NCBI GenBank assembly: GCA_965644495.1
Contig: CBFFSA010000001.1
Location: 496,001 to 560,000 of the forward strand
From: Perkinsela sp. CCAP 1560/9
Taxonomy: Eukaryota; Protista; Euglenozoa: Kinetoplastea
Length of the DNA: 64,000 bases
Reading direction: 5' to 3'
This document shows positions 62,457 to 64,000 of this stretch, in pieces; within the stretch, counting starts at the first letter, position 1; the number at the start of each line of letters is the position of its first letter. Below the pieces are notes generated by a model. The model had not been told where the DNA came from. It was given only the letters and a program-made list of their open reading frames with translations, and ran no database searches. Made by a program: the position numbers and the translations under genes.

Positions 62457-64000
62457 TCATGACTTCAACATTGGTCTGTGCCTTTTAAAGGTGTTTAATC
62501 CAGGCTTGTCAGAGCCGTCCCCGAGGAGAGCAGGCACGTCCATTGTACCAGGCGTATCCTGCCTACCATAAGGTCGGAGTATTGTTTTAAACATCTCGTC
62601 AAACTCTAGGTACTCCGAAGGCGTGTGGTCTTTTCGAGGATCAACCTTGTTTAACTCCTCCTCCATGGCTGTACAGAGTGTGTCATCCCCGCAATGATGC
62701 GCCGAAAAGCGAACCAGTCGGGTCGTTTCAACACTAAGAGGTGTCAGACCCGCGTCTCGGGCTTTCATCCAAAACTCGATGGCTCGCATCCAGTGTCCCT
62801 GAGCTACGTTGGCTGCGATCAGAATATTTGAGAGATCCCACCGTGGTTGTGGCCGACAGTTGTCAATCAACCGTCCATGAATGGCAAACAAAACGGCCCA
62901 GTTCCTTTCCGTAAATGCTCTTCCCATAATACTTGCATACAAATCCGGTGCATTCGCCCGCAACGCCCCCGAGGAAAGCCCCCGATTCATCAACCGCAGC
63001 GCTTGTGCGGAACTCCCCACATCACTTGACTGCAAATACGCCGTAAACACCCTTTCCACCAAATACTCACTCGGCACCATCCCCCTCTCCCTCATCTCCC
63101 CCAGCAACCCCATCCCCACCTCCCACGGCCCCGCACTCGGGCACAGCACATTCCCCCTCCCCCTCCCCAGCGCCCTCACCACCTCCTCATACTCCAACGC
63201 CCCGACCCTTAGCCCGTTCCGCTGCAGCCCCCGCAGCAGCCCCAGCCCCACCCCCCACGCCCCGGTCTCCTCCGCCGCGTGCAGCCCCATATGCACCGCC
63301 GCCTCATGGGGGGTCACCCCAACCGACAGCACGTGCCGGAGCACCGCGACCACCTTCTCGTACCGCGCGGCCCGGTGACAGGCCAGCACGACGCGGTCGA
63401 AGGCGGGGGCCTCCACGGGGGATACCGCGTGGGGGGGGCGCGTGAGGTGGAGCAGGGCGTGGCAGGCGCTGTGCCACTGGGCCCCGAGCGCGTAGGCGTG
63501 GAGCAGGGCGGTGAGGAGGGGAGGGGGGGGGGAGGGGGCGTGGGGGTGGTGGGAGAGGAAGAGGGCGACGGCACGGGGCCACTGGGCGCTGAGGGTGCAG
63601 AGGGGGAGGAGGAGGAGGTAGCTCGCGGGGGTGAGGCGTACGGGGAGGGGGGAGGGGGTAGAGGTAGGGCTCATGGTGGGGGTAGAGGCCGTGTGGTTAG
63701 GTGTAGTGTTCGGTGGGGGGGGAGATGGAGTGGTGGAGGTAGTGGTCGAAGCTGTAGAGGTGCGGCTGTAGGGGTGGGATGGGGTGCTGTTAGATGTAGA
63801 CGGAGGGGGTGTGGAGAGACGTGGGGGAGAGGAGGAGGAGGGAGAGGGAGAGGAGGATGGGTGTGTCATGGGGACACGGTCCTCGGCAGGGGGATAGAGG
63901 GAGAGTGCCGCGAACCAGCCGTTTTCGAAGGATCGACAGGCGCGGTAAAAAGTGTGGTAGGGACGTAGGAAGAGGTCATGCTGGGCGGAGAAGGGGGTGG
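62457..64000 (-). CDS. pentatricopeptide-repeat (PPR)-like protein, 5' end beyond the window
   Basis: Repeated helical-hairpin motifs (AFDRVVLACHRAARYEKVVAVLRHVLSVGVTP; WEVGMGLLGEMRERGMVPS); frame stays open from 63869 to the window edge. Confidence 0.8.
   Translation of the reverse strand, partial: TPFSAQHDLFLRPYHTFYRACRSFENGWFAALSLYPPAEDRVPMTHPSSSPSPSSSSPPRLSTPPPSTSNSTPSHPYSRTSTASTTTSTTPSPPPPNTTPNHTASTPTMSPTSTPSPLPVRLTPASYLLLLPLCTLSAQWPRAVALFLSHHPHAPSPPPPLLTALLHAYALGAQWHSACHALLHLTRPPHAVSPVEAPAFDRVVLACHRAARYEKVVAVLRHVLSVGVTPHEAAVHMGLHAAEETGAWGVGLGLLRGLQRNGLRVGALEYEEVVRALGRGRGNVLCPSAGPWEVGMGLLGEMRERGMVPSEYLVERVFTAYLQSSDVGSSAQALRLMNRGLSSGALRANAPDLYASIMGRAFTERNWAVLFAIHGRLIDNCRPQPRWDLSNILIAANVAQGHWMRAIEFWMKARDAGLTPLSVETTRLVRFSAHHCGDDTLCTAMEEELNKVDPRKDHTPSEYLEFDEMFKTILRPYGRQDTPGTMDVPALLGDGSDKPGLNTFKRHRPMLKS

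Noticed and set aside
62847-63968. Plus-strand and alternative-frame ORFs over the PPR gene
   Set aside because: Compositional shadows of skew island C
1-64000. Spliced-leader RNA, rRNA or recognisable snRNA genes; non-standard genetic code
   Set aside because: No matching sequence recognised by eye; conserved genes end at TAA, TAG and TGA and read through without internal stops

Overview
Gene-dense, intron-free eukaryotic DNA in which about 36 host genes all lie head-to-tail on the minus strand, the layout of a kinetoplastid polycistronic unit. A trypanosome-type mitoribosomal bS6m, bacterial-type cardiolipin synthase and PEX11 support a kinetoplastid source. The compact spacing, Merlin element and LRR family suggest a Perkinsela-like organism (inference). 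Recognisable genes include TRM8, EMC1, two LCAT/PLA2G15 paralogues, a ZNFX1-like helicase, mitochondrial KAS, a protein kinase, a K+ channel, cyclophilin, COQ10, DPH4, U2AF65, CMC1, GPI1 and a PPR protein. The window holds an unexpectedly varied set of DNA transposons: an intact Merlin (24-bp TIRs, 8-bp TSD), an internally deleted hAT-like element with a 6-bp TSD, a TA-flanked MITE, and a nest of inverted-repeat remnants at 54.6-56.7 kb. It also has a tRNA-Met-like Pol III cassette with broken stems. The most striking unexplained signal is a recurring ~1-kb island where strand composition flips from C-rich to G-rich (strong near 21.9, 49.4 and 63.4 kb; weaker near 35.6, 42.6 and 58.8 kb). These islands sit over the 5' parts of genes and distort their codons and amino acids; they may be internal transcription-initiation regions or replication origins. 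All family calls are by eye, with no database searches run.
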